DNA of 47,326 bases, taken from contig RBZT01000965.1 in assembly GCA_003693705.1 (NCBI GenBank), forward strand, positions 1 through 47,326. The letters are read 5' to 3'. The DNA is from Polymyxa betae A26-41 (lineage: Eukaryota; Protista; Endomyxa: Phytomyxea). Shown in pieces: positions 22,510-36,210 of the stretch. The translations under genes were made by a program, and so were the position numbers. Numbering within the stretch: position 1 is the first letter of the stretch; every line of letters begins with the position of its first letter. The notes under the pieces are model-generated. The model was not told the DNA's origin, made no database searches, and worked only from the letters and a program-made list of their open reading frames with translations.

Positions 22510-24786
22510 ATGCTGCAAGCTGGCAGGAGATTTTCTAAATCCATGACTACAGCAGCGAATATTCTAGAGCGTCTTGGGATACAAGGCGCAAACGATATTC
22601 ATCCAGGAATATTTGACGGCAGCTGGCGAGCCGGCTCTGGTGATATCTTCACATCTCGTAATCCTGCTAATAATCAAGTTACAAAGGGCACTTGGGAATA
22701 GTGACGACAATTCTCAATTGATTTAGGTTATTGGTCGTGTTAGTGGGGCCACTGTCTCCGAATACGAATCTCTTTGTGAACAAACAGCCAAAGTTCGTAA
22801 ACAGTGGGCTGAATTGCCAGGCCCCCTTCGTGGTGAAGGTAAAACCTCATCTGTTCGTGGACATTTACGCGTTGATCCATCTCTTATAGTTGTTCGGCGA
22901 ATTGGTGTTCGATTGAGAGAGAAACGGGATGACCTTGGTGCTTTGATAACAATGGAGACAGGGAAAATCCTAGCTGAAGGAATTGGTGAAGTTCAGGTGA
23001 CATAGTCTATATGCCTACAAGTTATCATTAAATTCTAACAAAGGAAGCGATCGATATGTGCGATTTTGCTTGTGGTCTCTCACGAATGCTAAATGGGAAA
23101 GTCATCCCATCTGAGCGTCCTGGACACTTTATGATGGAGCGTTATCTCCCATTAACAGGTTTCAAGCAATTATCTTTTGAATATCCTTTTAATTTTTGGT
23201 AGGAAATGTGGCAATTATTAGCGCTTTCAACTTTCCAGTTGCTGTATTCTTCTGGAATGCAGCACTTTCACTTGTCACTGGAAACACTCATATCTGGTAA
23301 ATGCAGAATAATTTTTTTGCTAGTTTTCTCTTAAATGTGATTTTAGGAAACCTGCAGATACAACACCGCTCTGTGGAATCGCTGCCGCAAAAATAATTGC
23401 AGATGTACTTGAAGATATGGAGCTTCCGACGTCAGTATCAGGGTTCATTTGTGGATCCGGAGAGACTATTGGTAAGTCAGACCTGCTGTTCGTTATCGCA
23501 CGAAATATCCCTTACTTATGTATTAAGGCAATGCAATGATAACAGATTCAAGAAACCCTCTTGTGTCGTTCACTGGATCAACGAAAGTTGGCAAAATCGT
23601 TAGCGAGAAGGTAAGGCTTTTTGAGAATTTGCCGATCAGCTCTTAGATGATTTGTATATAGGTGGGTGCGCGATTAGGTCGATCAATACTGGAATTGGGA
23701 GGGAATAATGCAATGATTGTTATGAATGATGCTAACATTAACTTAGCGCTAAACGTATTTACTTCCTTCGAAACGAGGGCTCTCTGAACATTGATTAGGC
23801 CGCTATTTTCGCAGCCGTTGGAACTGCAGGGCAGCGATGCACGACCCTTCGGCGTTTGATTGTTCACAAGAACATTTATGAATCGTTTGTTACCAAACTT
23901 GTAAGTTACGCAAGCTTAAATGGCTAATCGTACTTGTATCGCTTATTTTTGTAAAGGTGAAGGCCGTCAAAGAAGTGAAAATCGGCGATCCATTAGAATC
24001 TGATACACTATGCGGGCCACTGCATACTAAAAGTAAGCTGAATGGCTATGTTTGACACTTGATTAGTGATAGCTTTGAAAAAGCTGCATTGAAACACTTC
24101 GTATCCGGGATCGAAGAAATTAAAGAGAATGGAGGGCATGTACTTTGTGGAGGAACCCAACATGGCAATCCCGATTCGCTTTTTGTAAAACCTACTATAA
24201 TCGATAATGTTCATTACTTATTCTGCATTTGAAACATGTCATAACGTCGTTTTACAGCTACCTTACAATTCGCCTGTCGTTCAACGTGAAATTTTTGCTC
24301 CCATACTCTACGTTTTTAAGGCTAGATCTAAACGATTAATATTTTTCCACCCTTCTAAAATGTGCAAAGGTTGAAAGCCTATCTGAAGCAATTGAAGTGA
24401 ACAACTCAGTTCCACAAGGCCTCTCTTCGAGCCTTTTCACAAATGATCTCAAGAATATGTTCCAATGGACTGGGCCTTCTGGCTCAGATTGCGGTAACAT
24501 ATTCTGCTAGTTTGGAACTTCCATTTGATCACAGTTATTAGGCATCGTGAACGTCAATATTGGAACTAGCGGTGCCGAAATCGGAGGTGCTTTTGGAGGA
24601 GATAAAGACAGTGGTGGTAATGCTCGATCAGGGTTAACTGTTTGCAATGGGTACTGATTCTATTCAGGTGGGCGTGAGGCTGGTTCTGACGTTTGGAAGA
24701 CATACTGCCGTCGGGTAACATGCACTATCAATCATTCAGAGGATTTGCCATTGGCACAAGGAATTGTTTTTAAAGCAGGCAGTTGA
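22510..24786 (+). CDS. ALDH7A1: Alpha-aminoadipic semialdehyde dehydrogenase (antiquitin), 15 exons
   Basis: [25 protein letters not shown] (catalytic Glu), [11 protein letters not shown] (catalytic Cys), [31 protein letters not shown]-terminus. Confidence 0.97.
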
Positions 24787-25141
24787 AGTTTATTGCAAAA
24801 ATGTACATTTTTGCTCAATACGATTATTGTACAAAGATAATCATGAAATCGAACTTCATCAGCTTATACTGCATCTTCTCCGATCTGTTCTTTTTGTGTT
24901 TCGGGACTTATTCCTCTACCGTGACCTGAAGCCAATGTCTTTGAATTTGTGTAGATAATCGGTACTTTGAACTTCTGAAGCTTTCAAGTAATCGGGACTA
25001 CTCGCAGCTTTTGCTCAACTGCCTGGAATCGGGCAATTCCGATTTTTGATCGGACACCTTGAACTGCTTTAGATTCGACGCCTGGATAAAAACAGATATG
25101 TTTTTTGTTATTTACGTTTTACAAAAAGACGGCCTTTCGGA

Positions 25142-28100
25142 TCACTGATAAACCGTTAGCCATTCCCAGAAAATATCCCCGGAAACAGGAGTAGAAGCAT
25201 TGGTGCTTTGATCGACAAGAAGAGCCTTAGCAGAGGATTCAATATCGTCAGGGTCTTTCCCTGAATTCACAAGTGATTGATAGGCATCACTAACAACAAA
25301 AGTAGCATTCCGGAAACTGGACATGATCATCTGCTGTCCAGTGGCAAGGTTTAAGGAGGACCCTAATACGACATTAAAAGAAACTAGATCAACTCTGACT
25401 TGATGTGACGTGATGGGAATCTTTGTGACAGTGACAATAATCTGAAGACTTCCAGAAACCATCTTGAAACCTGTCTGCGTGCTGAATGTACTTGCAATAG
25501 TTAACCGCTCCCAATCCGAGGTTCTACTGATCATATCGAATCCAAGGAAACTACCGTCACTGTCCTCCATTTGTCCTCTGGCTGTTGAAGGGTATACAGC
25601 CGACGGATGGAGAACTTGCCATTTATACCACTGATAATCGACAAACATATGCAAACTGTAGAACGGGTGGTGCTTCAGAACCAAGCATCAAATCGCTGTC
25701 CGTTAAATACCTCCAGAATATGGGATCATACGAAGCTGTGCTGACGTATTCCATACATCCTCCAACGCTGTTATGGGCTTGGTTGTGGGCGTCTTCAAGT
25801 GTTGATGTAAAGTCAGAGAATTGACTTTTTCCACGAGCGACCGCAAGCTGACAAAGGGAAATTAGACATCAATGGAATTTGGTGTGAAAAAAGTACTTTA
25901 GTTTTGATGTCAGCAGAAACACTGCTGTCTGGAGATCTCGAGCAATAGGAGCCATCTCTCAAAAATCCATTAAATAAAGGATTTGGATATGTTGTGCCGT
26001 TCGAGACGTATGTTGAATCACTAAAGGCCTTGGGGATAAACTGAGTGTCCGAAGATGAGAAGTCCCAATAAGGGATAGCGTTGCAAAGCAAAGTCTCCAT
26101 CCGAAGCAGATAACGACGATGCCAGGGAAGGAATAACGAATTTCCGTGAGGACAACGATCCCAGTTGCAAACATGATCGTTTGCCAGGCTCATGAACGGG
26201 CCATCAATCCAAGGACACCTAAAACTGCCACAACGGTAATTCAATCGAATCGCATCACGATAAGCAGTTAGTTCGTCATCTGATAAAGAGAGAATGTTTC
26301 GTCGAGCGCCAACAACGCATTTCGTCCTGGGAGGCGCATGAAGCTTGCTCATTTCTGCAGGACCAGGACACATAGCAGCTGTGGATGGTACAGGAGCTGG
26401 AGTAGATGTTTTTGTAGAGGGTGATTTGATAGTAGGAGCTGCTGTTGATAATGTCTTGGTTGTGGGAACCTGTGCAGAAGGCGTTTTTGTAAAAGACTGC
26501 CTCGCTGTGGATGTTAGGGATCTAGTCGAAAGAGCTTTAGAAGATGGTGGTTTGGTTGTGGGAACGTGTGCAGAAGACGATTTTGTAGAAGATGGTTTCG
26601 TTGTAGATGTTGGGGAACGACTCGAAGGAGCTTTCGTAGATGGTAGGTTGGTAGTGGGAAGGTGTCCAGAAGACGATTTTGCAGAAGGTGGTTTCGTTGT
26701 AGATGTTGAAGAGCGAGTCGAAGGAGCTTTGGAAGATGGTGGTTTGGTAGTGGGAACGTGTGCAGAAGACAATTTTGTAGAAGATGGTTTCGTTGTAGAT
26801 GTTGGGGAACGAGTCGAACGAGCTTTGGAAGATGGTGGTGTTGTGGTGGGAACGTGTTCCGAAAACTGTTTTGTAGAGGTTGATTTCGATGTAAATGTTG
26901 GGGAGCGAGTTGATGGAGCTTTGGTAGATGGTAGGTTGGTACTGGGAACGTCTGCAGAAGACGTTTTTGTTGAGGACGTTTTTGTAGAAAATTGTCGCAC
27001 TCTTGGTGTAGGGGAGTGAATCGAAAGAGCTTTGGAAGATGGTGGTTTGGTTGTAGAAAAGTGTCCAGAAGACGTTTTTGTAGAGAATATTTTCGCTGTA
27101 GATGTTCGGGAGCGAGTAGAAGGAGCTTTGGAAGATGGTGGTATGGTTGTAGGAACGTGTTCAGAAGACGATGTTGTAGCAGATGATTTCGTTGCAGATT
27201 TTAAGGAGCGAGAAGAAGGAGCTTTGGTAGATGGTAGGTTAGTAGAAAATCGTCTCACTGTGGGTGTAGGGGAGTGAGTCGAAAGAGCTTTAGAAGATGG
27301 ATGTTTGCTTGTGGAAACGTGTTCCGAAGACGGTTTCGTAGAGAATGATTTCACTGGGGAACGAGTCGAAAGCTCTTTGGTAGATGGTAGATTGGTAGTG
27401 AAAACGTGTGCAGAAGACGATTTTGTAGCAGATGATTTCGCTGTAGATGTTGGGGAGCGAGTCGAAGGAGCTTTAGAAGATGGATGTTTCCTTGTGGAAA
27501 CGTGTTCCGAAGACGGTTTCGTAGAGAATGATTTCGCTGTAGATGTTGGGGAACGAGTCGAATGGTCTTTGGTGGATGGTGATTGAATTGTAGGATCGTA
27601 TTCCGAGGACGATTTTGTAGAAGATGATTTCGCTGTAGTGGAAGGAGCATTGGAGGATGGTGGATTGGTTGTAGGAGCTTGTTCCGAAGACGTTTTTGTA
27701 GAAGATGATTTCGCTGTAGATGTTGGGGAGCGAGTCAAAGGAACTTTGGTAGATGGTGGCTGTATCCTAACAGTGGGGATCTCTTTGGAAGAAGATGACA
27801 TTATGAAAGGAATATTGGCGGAAACGGGCGCCGACTTAGAAGGCATCTTGCTTGAAGAGGGCGTCTATATAAGAATTTAGTGAAAGTAAACGAATCTTCT
27901 TTAACAAATACTCTCGTGAGCGAAGAAGCCTTTATGACAGAAGATTTAGTGGAAAAAGACGTTAGACTCTTTGAGAAAGTTTTTGTAGATGGTGCCGAAA
28001 GCAAATAATATTCAGACGATCTAACAGGACAGTTCCGGAGTGGTTTCAAAGAATGGAGTGACAATGATGAGGTACCAATTGTTCTTGTCATGTTGATGCC

Positions 28101-28892
28101 AGGAGGCATTGCTTTGTAATGATGACAAATGGCATGCACAGAGCAGGATTCCTTGCATCTTTGCAGGCTTAGCTGAAATTTAGACATCAGCAACTGGTTG
28201 TTACATGTTATCATTATCACAGCAGTAGCGATTAGGACATCCAGCTCGCCGATATTCAGGCCCACAACGTAGATCATGTCGTGCTCGGCGACCACAACGA
28301 TTGGGTTCCTTAGAAGGCAATATCGGGCATAACGCCTCTTCTGAGCAAGTTGCTCGGCACCTGAATTAAGTAAAAAATTGTTAATGAACGGCTTATTTGC
28401 TTACCTTCCATCATGATCACAACCAAGGCCAGGGGAACATGATGCGCGACCATGTTGATGGCCACAGAGCAGATCATTCCTGGGCGGGAGCTGACAGACT
28501 CGTGGAGGTGGACATATGGAGCTGGTAGTGCAGTTGGTGGTGCATCGCCCTTCCATTGAGCAGCAATGACCCTGTGGACATGATGCATATTGAAATGAAG
28601 GTCCACATCTGAGATCTAATCTAGATGATGCTACACATGAATGAGGTTGCAGTATACATTGAGATCCACTTGGACATGATTGAGAGCAACTATGATACCA
28701 TTATGTTACATGATATGAAGGGATGTCACATATTGATGTTACTTACTATCCATCTGTATTACAGCATAAACCAACTGGACATTTACTATTAGAGAATTTG
28801 TATCCACATCGACCATCAGATCGGGGAGGTCCATAACATACAGAATCTGAACCCAACACAACCAATACTAACACCATATACAATGGTAACAT
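25142..28892 (-). CDS. Secreted protein: signal peptide, 4 hevein/CBM18-like Cys repeats, long Ser/Thr/Pro/Lys repeat stalk, tyrosinase (type-3 copper) domain
   Basis: Signal MLPLYMVLVLVVLGS; repeats DGRCGYKFSNSKCPVGLCCNTDGYC, DLRCGPSFQYASCPQGHCCSMEGRC, DLLCGHQHGRASCSPGLGCDHDGRC, DLRCGPEYRRAGCPNRYCCDNDNIC; CuA ANDH..CPHGNSLFLPWHR; IPYWD; CuB AHNQAHNSVGG..DPIFW|SLH. The 3' end may include an extra exon toward 24850. Confidence 0.85.
26420..27800. repeat. Coding 96-bp (32-aa) degenerate tandem repeat, about 14 units, forming the tyrosinase stalk
   Basis: cagaagac anchors at 26571, 26667 and 26763 (96-bp period); consensus SSSAHVPTTKPPSSKAPSTRSPTSTTKPSSTK. Confidence 0.95.
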
Positions 28893-29047
28893 GTCAACAT
28901 GCATGAGATAAAGGCCTGCTTAAGCATCTGACAAAATCGCCAAGAGGCACATGTAGAGATATTTCCAGATTTCGTTTTATTGTAGGATATCACCATTAAA
29001 TCTGTTTCTGTATACTGCGGAGCCGGCTTGTCAAAACCAATGTGGTG

Positions 29048-31068
29048 ATGTTTTGCAGAAATTTTTGTAGAAAGCATTTTGGATCATTGGTCTATGGATC
29101 AGCTAGAACATTGGATCTATCGATCAATCAGCAACAGACGATATTTGCATTATGTACAGGACCATCAGAGCAATCTTCCATATCGATCTGGAGAATTAGT
29201 GGACCAAATGCCAAGAATATCGCTGAATCTCTCTGTCCTGATCTGAAATCAAATTTACAGCCTCGACGTGCTCATCTAGGTTATTATTTAGTAGATAATC
29301 TCAATATGGTTTTTAACAGATGTTTTGCAGTGACATGGAAAGATGATGATAGAAATATAATAGATAGTGGTTTGTGTCTATACTTCCCAGGTCCACATTC
29401 ATATACAGGACAAGATATTATTGAATTTCATACACACTCATCACCTGCCGTTATACAACATCTATATCACGTGTTCAACAAATATGATTCGGTAGTTTTA
29501 TCTTTACACAAACTTTCACTTGGAGATTTGAAATATTATTCTATCAAGGTTCGTGAGGCAGAGCCTGGAGAGTTCTCCAAACGCGCTTTAATGAATGAGA
29601 AGATGGATTTAATGCAAGTTGAAGGTCTTTCTGATCTCATGAACTCATACACTTTAGATCAAAAGAGTAATTACTCACAATGTGGCTATGTTGTCTGAAC
29701 ATGAATTTAGAGCTGGCGTTGCAGCAGATGAATGGTAAACAATCAGATAAGTTCGAGAGCTGGAGAAACGAGCTAATCAGTATATTGGCACATATGGAGG
29801 CTAATATAGATTTTGGTCAAGATGAGGATGATGTTGATGAAGGTATTGCCCTCTTTATGTTTCTACACATAACATTTTATTTAGATCTTTGAAATAGTGT
29901 CAATTTTAAGTTCTTGTAATGATCGAGTTAATCGTTTGATTGCCGATATCGAACAGCAACAATTTGATAGTAAACGTGGTGAAATAATTCGTAATGGAAT
30001 CAGTAAGAAATTGGATTTATACTTTCTTCATGTATTACTGAATGTAAATATTTAGATATTGCTATCGTTGGTGAATGTAATGTTGGTAAAAGCTCACTTC
30101 TAAATTTTCTCATGAAACAAGACGTATCTATTGTAACTGCAATACCTGGTACAACAAGGTAACAAACATTCGAATTTCAGCAATATCTGAGATGTGCTCA
30201 TCAACTTCATAGAGATGTTATTGAAAGGAATTTATTATTGAATGGCGTTGCTGTAAAATTAGCAGATACGGCTGGATTTAGGGACTCTGGCGACGTCGTA
30301 GAAGGTGTTTTCTATTCAGTATATTCTTCTTATGTGTATTGATATTGGTGACATTTAGCGGCGGGAATTCGCCTTAGCTCAGCACGATTATACGAATCTC
30401 AGCTGGCCATAATTGTTGTTGATGCCAGCTCACCGAAAATTAACCACCCAGTCTTGCAGAATTATCTGTTTGATGTACGTTCTGGGCATTGCCGATCGAA
30501 GGCCATTGTGGTCTTAAACAAAACCGATTTAGTCGGACAACACGATTTAGAATGTAACTTTGCTATGCTCATGTTGGGGTTTGCTTGAACTGTTCATCAG
30601 GTATAATTCGCGATTTCAAATATCAATATGGCGAACTGGAAATCATTCCGGTCTCGATTAGAACAGAACAAAACACGAACAATACTATCAAAGCTATCTG
30701 TGGCAATGTAGACAGCATGTTGGTCACCTAATCGTATTAACAGAAACATATTGAAGAATATATTGCTTCAGAATGAAATCAATTGAACCAAGCGACGAGA
30801 CAATTTTGATCACCCGTCATCGACATAGCCAGCTTCTTGAACGAGCTGTTCAATCTCTGAGAAAATTCCGTCTTTCTAAACACATTGGCCTTGACGCTCG
30901 TACAGAAGTAAATTGCATGGTTATCTGATGGTGCTCTATGTTGACTCTCTATTTGGACAGGACCTTAGAATAGCTATCAGTCATCTAGCTCAATTGACAT
31001 CTATTGGTCAGGTCCACAACGATGAAATCATCGATACCGTATTTCGAGATTTTTGCATTGGGAAATGA
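29048..31068 (+). CDS. GTPBP3: tRNA-modification GTPase MnmE/MSS1/GTPBP3 (probably mitochondrial), multi-exon
   Basis: [43 protein letters not shown]1 [24 protein letters not shown], terminal FCIGK. Confidence 0.95.
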
Positions 31069-31205
31069 ATTTCCAGTCACTTTTTGTGATAGAATGCTCT
31101 AACTTGATCATTTTATATAAACATCACGCTGACTGATGATTGAGTCACGAATGTTTCGCTTCTGTTTCCATGCCCATCTGATAATTCAAATATAATTTTT
31201 AATTA

Positions 31206-31897
31206 ATGTCGCAACCTTTACGAGCGCGAAGTAATCTATCGTCCTCACGAGCATCGTCCGATCTGTTGATGCAGAGATCACGACCGAATAGAACAACTCG
31301 TCCAAGTCGCGACTCAGCGTACGAGGAAGAAGCCGATGCCGCTCTGCGAACTGCCATGGCCACCGAAGAGCTTGGAATTCGGACGGCAATCAAGCTGAAA
31401 GAACAGACAGGTAGTTGATTTGCCCTGAACTTAGCAACCGTTAGCTGAAATCGTGCTGATTAGAACAAATGAGATATATTGAGGATAAGATAGCAGTAGC
31501 TGATCTGACCCTGGTTTCAACTAATAGATCTCTTAGATCAATGGAGTCCTTCTCGGGTCGACTGAGAAACTTATTTTCTCGATCTAATCCGAAAACTGAT
31601 ATCCAAATCAGAAAAAAACAGGATGCGAAAGTGGTGGCGAAAGAAGCAAAAGCAAGCGAGAAATCCAGAGCCAAGCAAGAGAAAGCATTGAAAACAGAAC
31701 ACTTGGGAAGTTTGGGCGCAGCTGATGAACAGCTTGATATGATTTCTGAATCAGTACGAAATATACGCTTTCTAGCTGAAGATATGAATGTCGAGCTAAC
31801 GACACAGAATCGAATGCTGAGTGGAATCGGACGCGATGTCCATTCTCTGGAAGTACGATTACAGAAACAAAATCAACAGATCAATCGTCTTCGATAA
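31206..31897 (+). CDS. SNAP25/SNAP33-like Qbc-SNARE
   Basis: First SNARE motif (TEELGIRTAIKLKEQT|EQMRYIE..RSLRSME) across intron 31411..31463; second motif DEQLDMISESVRNIRFLAEDMNVELTTQNRML. Confidence 0.85.
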
Positions 31898-32009
31898 AAG
31901 AAATTTTAGCACATATGTTTGGAGATGGACAGAAGGAGAAAATAAATATATTGGCAATTAATAGCAAGTATATATAGTAGGGTGTATGATAATTAATATT
32001 ATGGCTAGA

Positions 32010-35000
32010 TCAGGATTGCTGTGAAACCGGTTCACATTGTACAGGTTGAACATCCGAATGATCTAATGAGACATCGGGTCCTTCATTCTCATACGATCCG
32101 GCAACACTCTTTCTCTGATAAAAGATCAGCTGGCAAATCTCATGAAACAACCATACAACCCTCTGATCTAATTCATTATCCTTCTCATCGTCATCGATTG
32201 GGTAGCTGACCAATTTTTTAATAGATATCGAAGGCCTTAGACTGCAAACAGTGCATAATTTTAAACAGGATCATTCCAAAATCAACCTACGTACCCGACT
32301 TTTAGCTTCTTGCGTTTTTGTACGCTAGATACAAAATCAATTTGTTCAACTTTAGGCTGCATTTCCTTCCTCTCGATAAACGTAGCACCTTGCACGGAAT
32401 CGTCCTAATAAGCAATCTTCAGATATCCCTCACAAAAGGGAATACAGATCAAACCATGACAACATCGGTATCATCATTAACATCATCTGTTATTGAATCA
32501 AAATATTGTTCTTCTCGTTGCATCTCATTATATGATAGTGACTCCTTGGCATCAGACATCACAACATTATTCTTCAACGAGTCATCGCCTTCACAATTCT
32601 GTTCTGCACGAACACGTAATTCTTCAAAGACCGGCAAACTTAGTACAGAAACCAATCTCGGAAGTTCATTATCGGCTGAATTTAAGACAATATTAAAGGA
32701 CACCGACAAAAGGAAAGGATCTGTTACCAAGATAGCGGACTAGAGGTTTGATGTTTTGTGCTCTAATAAATTCGATTAGATCGAGAACGGCAGAATGTAA
32801 TAGATTATATCTATGAGGTCCATTGTGCAGAAAAATATCGACGCAAGACTTAAGCAGATCCTAAAATCATCCGATAAGAACCATTTGGAACGAAAGATAA
32901 TAACATGAACGTACTTGTGCATCTGGACTTGGTTCAAGATCGGTTTGAGAACTGAAGATTTGTACAAATGCAGCTCTAACCATTCGTACACCAAGTAGAA
33001 CGAGTTGCATATTAGAACCTTCAGATAGTAGCCTAAGTGCAGCATCTGCCCAATGTATGTGCTTGAATGTAAATGCAAGAGTATTGCCATGTTCACGTAT
33101 CAATGTTGTGAATACAGCAGCAGATGTGACTACAGAGTTATGAACAGATCCGTGATCTTTGATACATTGACACATTTGACCTGTTGATAATATTCAGATA
33201 TAGGAACATCGTTGACGAAAATGTAGCAACAACTGACTTAGATGTGATTCCATACAGCATTCCACGAATGGCTTCTGATTACAGAACTCAATAGATTCTG
33301 TATGTAACAATGTTTGTAATAGTTCCGATGCCTGAATAAACATGGTACTGAGTGTTCAGCTTTTGATATGCCATTGTACTTACTTGATACTGAATACCAA
33401 CACTGATATTCGGATCCGTATTTGTTATGATACCAACCAAAGCCAAAACGAATTTCGACCTGGAGCAATTTACATGAGCTGGATATAATCACAAAATACC
33501 AGGTGAGATATGATATCTTACCTGGAACCTTCAGACAACATTGCAGCACGAATGAGCTGTGGATCAAGTCCCACAATCCTGTATAGTACATTTTCAGTAA
33601 AATTCGTTCATGATCATTACATTTACACACGTATGTAATATTTCAAATATAACATGAGCAGCTCTATGACCAGCATATCTCAAATCTGGAATATTCATCT
33701 GCCACGAATACAATATATTCGACAGATGTACAAGCAGCCCACGTTGACATAAACGTGCATAAAAATCAGGACGTAACGGCATTGACTTAGCTAATGTTAT
33801 CAATTCGTTACAAAACTTGATGACATCCATATCTGATGATGTGATCAATGTCATATCTAATGGTATTGATGATAACTTTCTAAATAGACGATCTTGGAAA
33901 TCGATGTCCATTGACAATGGAGTTATGATATTAGCCACGTTACAAAATACCATCGAGTTCAGAGTTTGTGTTACGTTATCATTTAAATAACGTAGAAATA
34001 TAACATCACGTATAAAGGATATATAGTAATTCTACGAGTAAGAATATATTAGAGATGCTGAACATACATCCATAGATTTCAGATGAATTACCCTTTGAAT
34101 AGATTGTACAATAGCAGCATTATCAATTGGTATCACATTACGAAACTGAGCTGATTCCAATGACTGAATAACATAATCAATAATGTCACTTGATAGAGCA
34201 TAAGCAGCAGAGTACCTTCTTATATCTATTGTAATCTATCTTAGAGGGATCATTCTGACTAAGTAGAGGCAAACTTGGGTCATATTCCAAAATCCCGATC
34301 GTTGTCTGAATTGTATCGATACCGGTCAGCATTTCAATAACAGTGACCGAATTCAGAAAAAATAATGATTTCACAATAGCGAACGTGGTGAATAGAGCAT
34401 CAAACGCTTCCAAATCCTTAGCCTAGAATATCAATGATTGGGTATAGAACTGAATAAGCTGTTATGGGCAGGAACATACTTGCTGGAATGTATCGAATAA
34501 TGTGGGTAAGAATGATACAGATCTCAATAATGATGCTATATCGTTCTTCTGTGATGGATGAATACTCTGGATTTCCTCAAATACCTGAATATTGAATATA
34601 TTCAGTAATCAACATCCACGTAACTGACCAAAATCCGAAAAAAGAGACCTTATCAAGATTGTGTAAAGTTGGAGATGATATAAATATATCTTGATGATTG
34701 GATATTGGTGATTGATCATCAGATTCTCTAACAACATTGATATCGTGATCATCTAATAGAATACAGTTTGGACCAGGCGATATTCCTGTATTTTGATCTG
34801 TGCAAGATAACGCTGTCTGAACCTGAATCAACATTTATCAAAACCCAGAAACTTCCACAACAAACAAATATACAATTCATATTGAACAATAACAGATCAA
34901 TATCGTCAAACGCCATCAAGCTAGCAACGGCAAGCGTTAACAGCTGACAAATCCAGGGAAAGAAAATAGTGAAAAAAACTGTCGGAAAAAGGCAATGAGA

Positions 35001-35493
35001 ATTGATGAAGTAATTCTTTACCTGTTGCCAAACTTGCTCACATGCATCAGAATGTTGGAAACTAATGGCCAGATCCATATTGAGATCTGTATCATAGAAT
35101 ACAATTATAGAGTCGTCTGATCATTTGATAATCAATATCAATAATATAATTAAATGCACAGTACTCTGTTTAACATATTCGGTGTCTTTCGATATTCGAT
35201 GATACATGAGACGTTTATCAGTCTCTTCACAAGTGATGATAAAAGCAGGATTCTGCCCTATATAGCATAAAGCAATGAGGTATGTAAAAGAAATGATCGA
35301 TACATTGATAATGACCTGGAGTTAAACGTTGTAAATATCCAATACCAAACACATCCCATTGTCGGTTACTGCTTAATCGGAACATCATGACCCGATAGCC
35401 TAGTACAGAATGTCATTATATGACACGATGGATGTCTTTGAAAGAGATCTAATAACCAGAGCTAGGCTGAGAATCCGACAGGTCGGAGACCAT
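32010..35493 (-). CDS. PPP4R3: Protein phosphatase 4 regulatory subunit 3 (SMEK/Psy2), multi-exon, diverged
   Basis: EVH1-like N-terminus YRVMMFRLSSNRQWDVFGIG and DLAISFQHSDACEQVWQQV; SMK-1 motif IGILEYDP; acidic tail LVSYPIDDDE. Confidence 0.82.
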
Positions 35494-36210
35494 ATTGTTG
35501 TGTCCTTAGTTATGTCTTATATAATAGTGATATTAGAATGCAGTAATACAATCAATAACACCGACAAGCTGATATCCAATCAAAAAGGAGTCACTGAATC
35601 ACGACCTGAAAATTAAATAGAAACTGCGCTCCCAAACAGTATCCCCACACATTTCTGTACAAAAGACATTATATTTGATACTGTAGTGTCCGATAAACAG
35701 TTAACTAATCTCAACCAATAATCAATAGAGGATCTCGAGTAGCTACTAAGTACTTATTGACACCGAAAGTACTACCAATAGAAGTTTGTTCCAACCCGCC
35801 CGGAGAGTGTATTTCTCATAATACTCTTAGTGACATAGATATCGGTATCAAAGACGTAACACATCTATTAAATTGTAAGCATTAGAAAGCCTATTTACAG
35901 CAGGCTGATAGATTCCAGGTTACAGCCTCATGACAAATGAGTGGAAATGACCACCAGTAGGAGTTGTAACATTACAGGAGATATGCCAGCAGTCGGGGGA
36001 GGCCGCTCTCAGGGGGTCCCAACTTCGCAGAGATCCGAGCTAGGGTCTGTCTGAGTATATACGATATTCTGTCGGTCACCGTCAGGGGTTGCTTTTGACC
36101 TATCTCTGACCCGACCTGTGACTCAGAGATCACACTTCTCAACCCTGTCTGATTTCGGTATCAGTGTATCTCCCTTCCCCGCCCGCTCTGTCTCTCATTC
36201 TTCATTCAAT

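Noticed and set aside
26345-27880. Long plus-strand Val/Glu/Asp/Gly ORFs (for example 26345..27019)
   Set aside because: Antisense shadows of the Ser/Thr/Pro/Lys repeat stalk of the tyrosinase.
32318-32743. Plus-strand Ser-rich 141-aa ORF
   Set aside because: Antisense to the acidic C-terminal exons of PP4R3.
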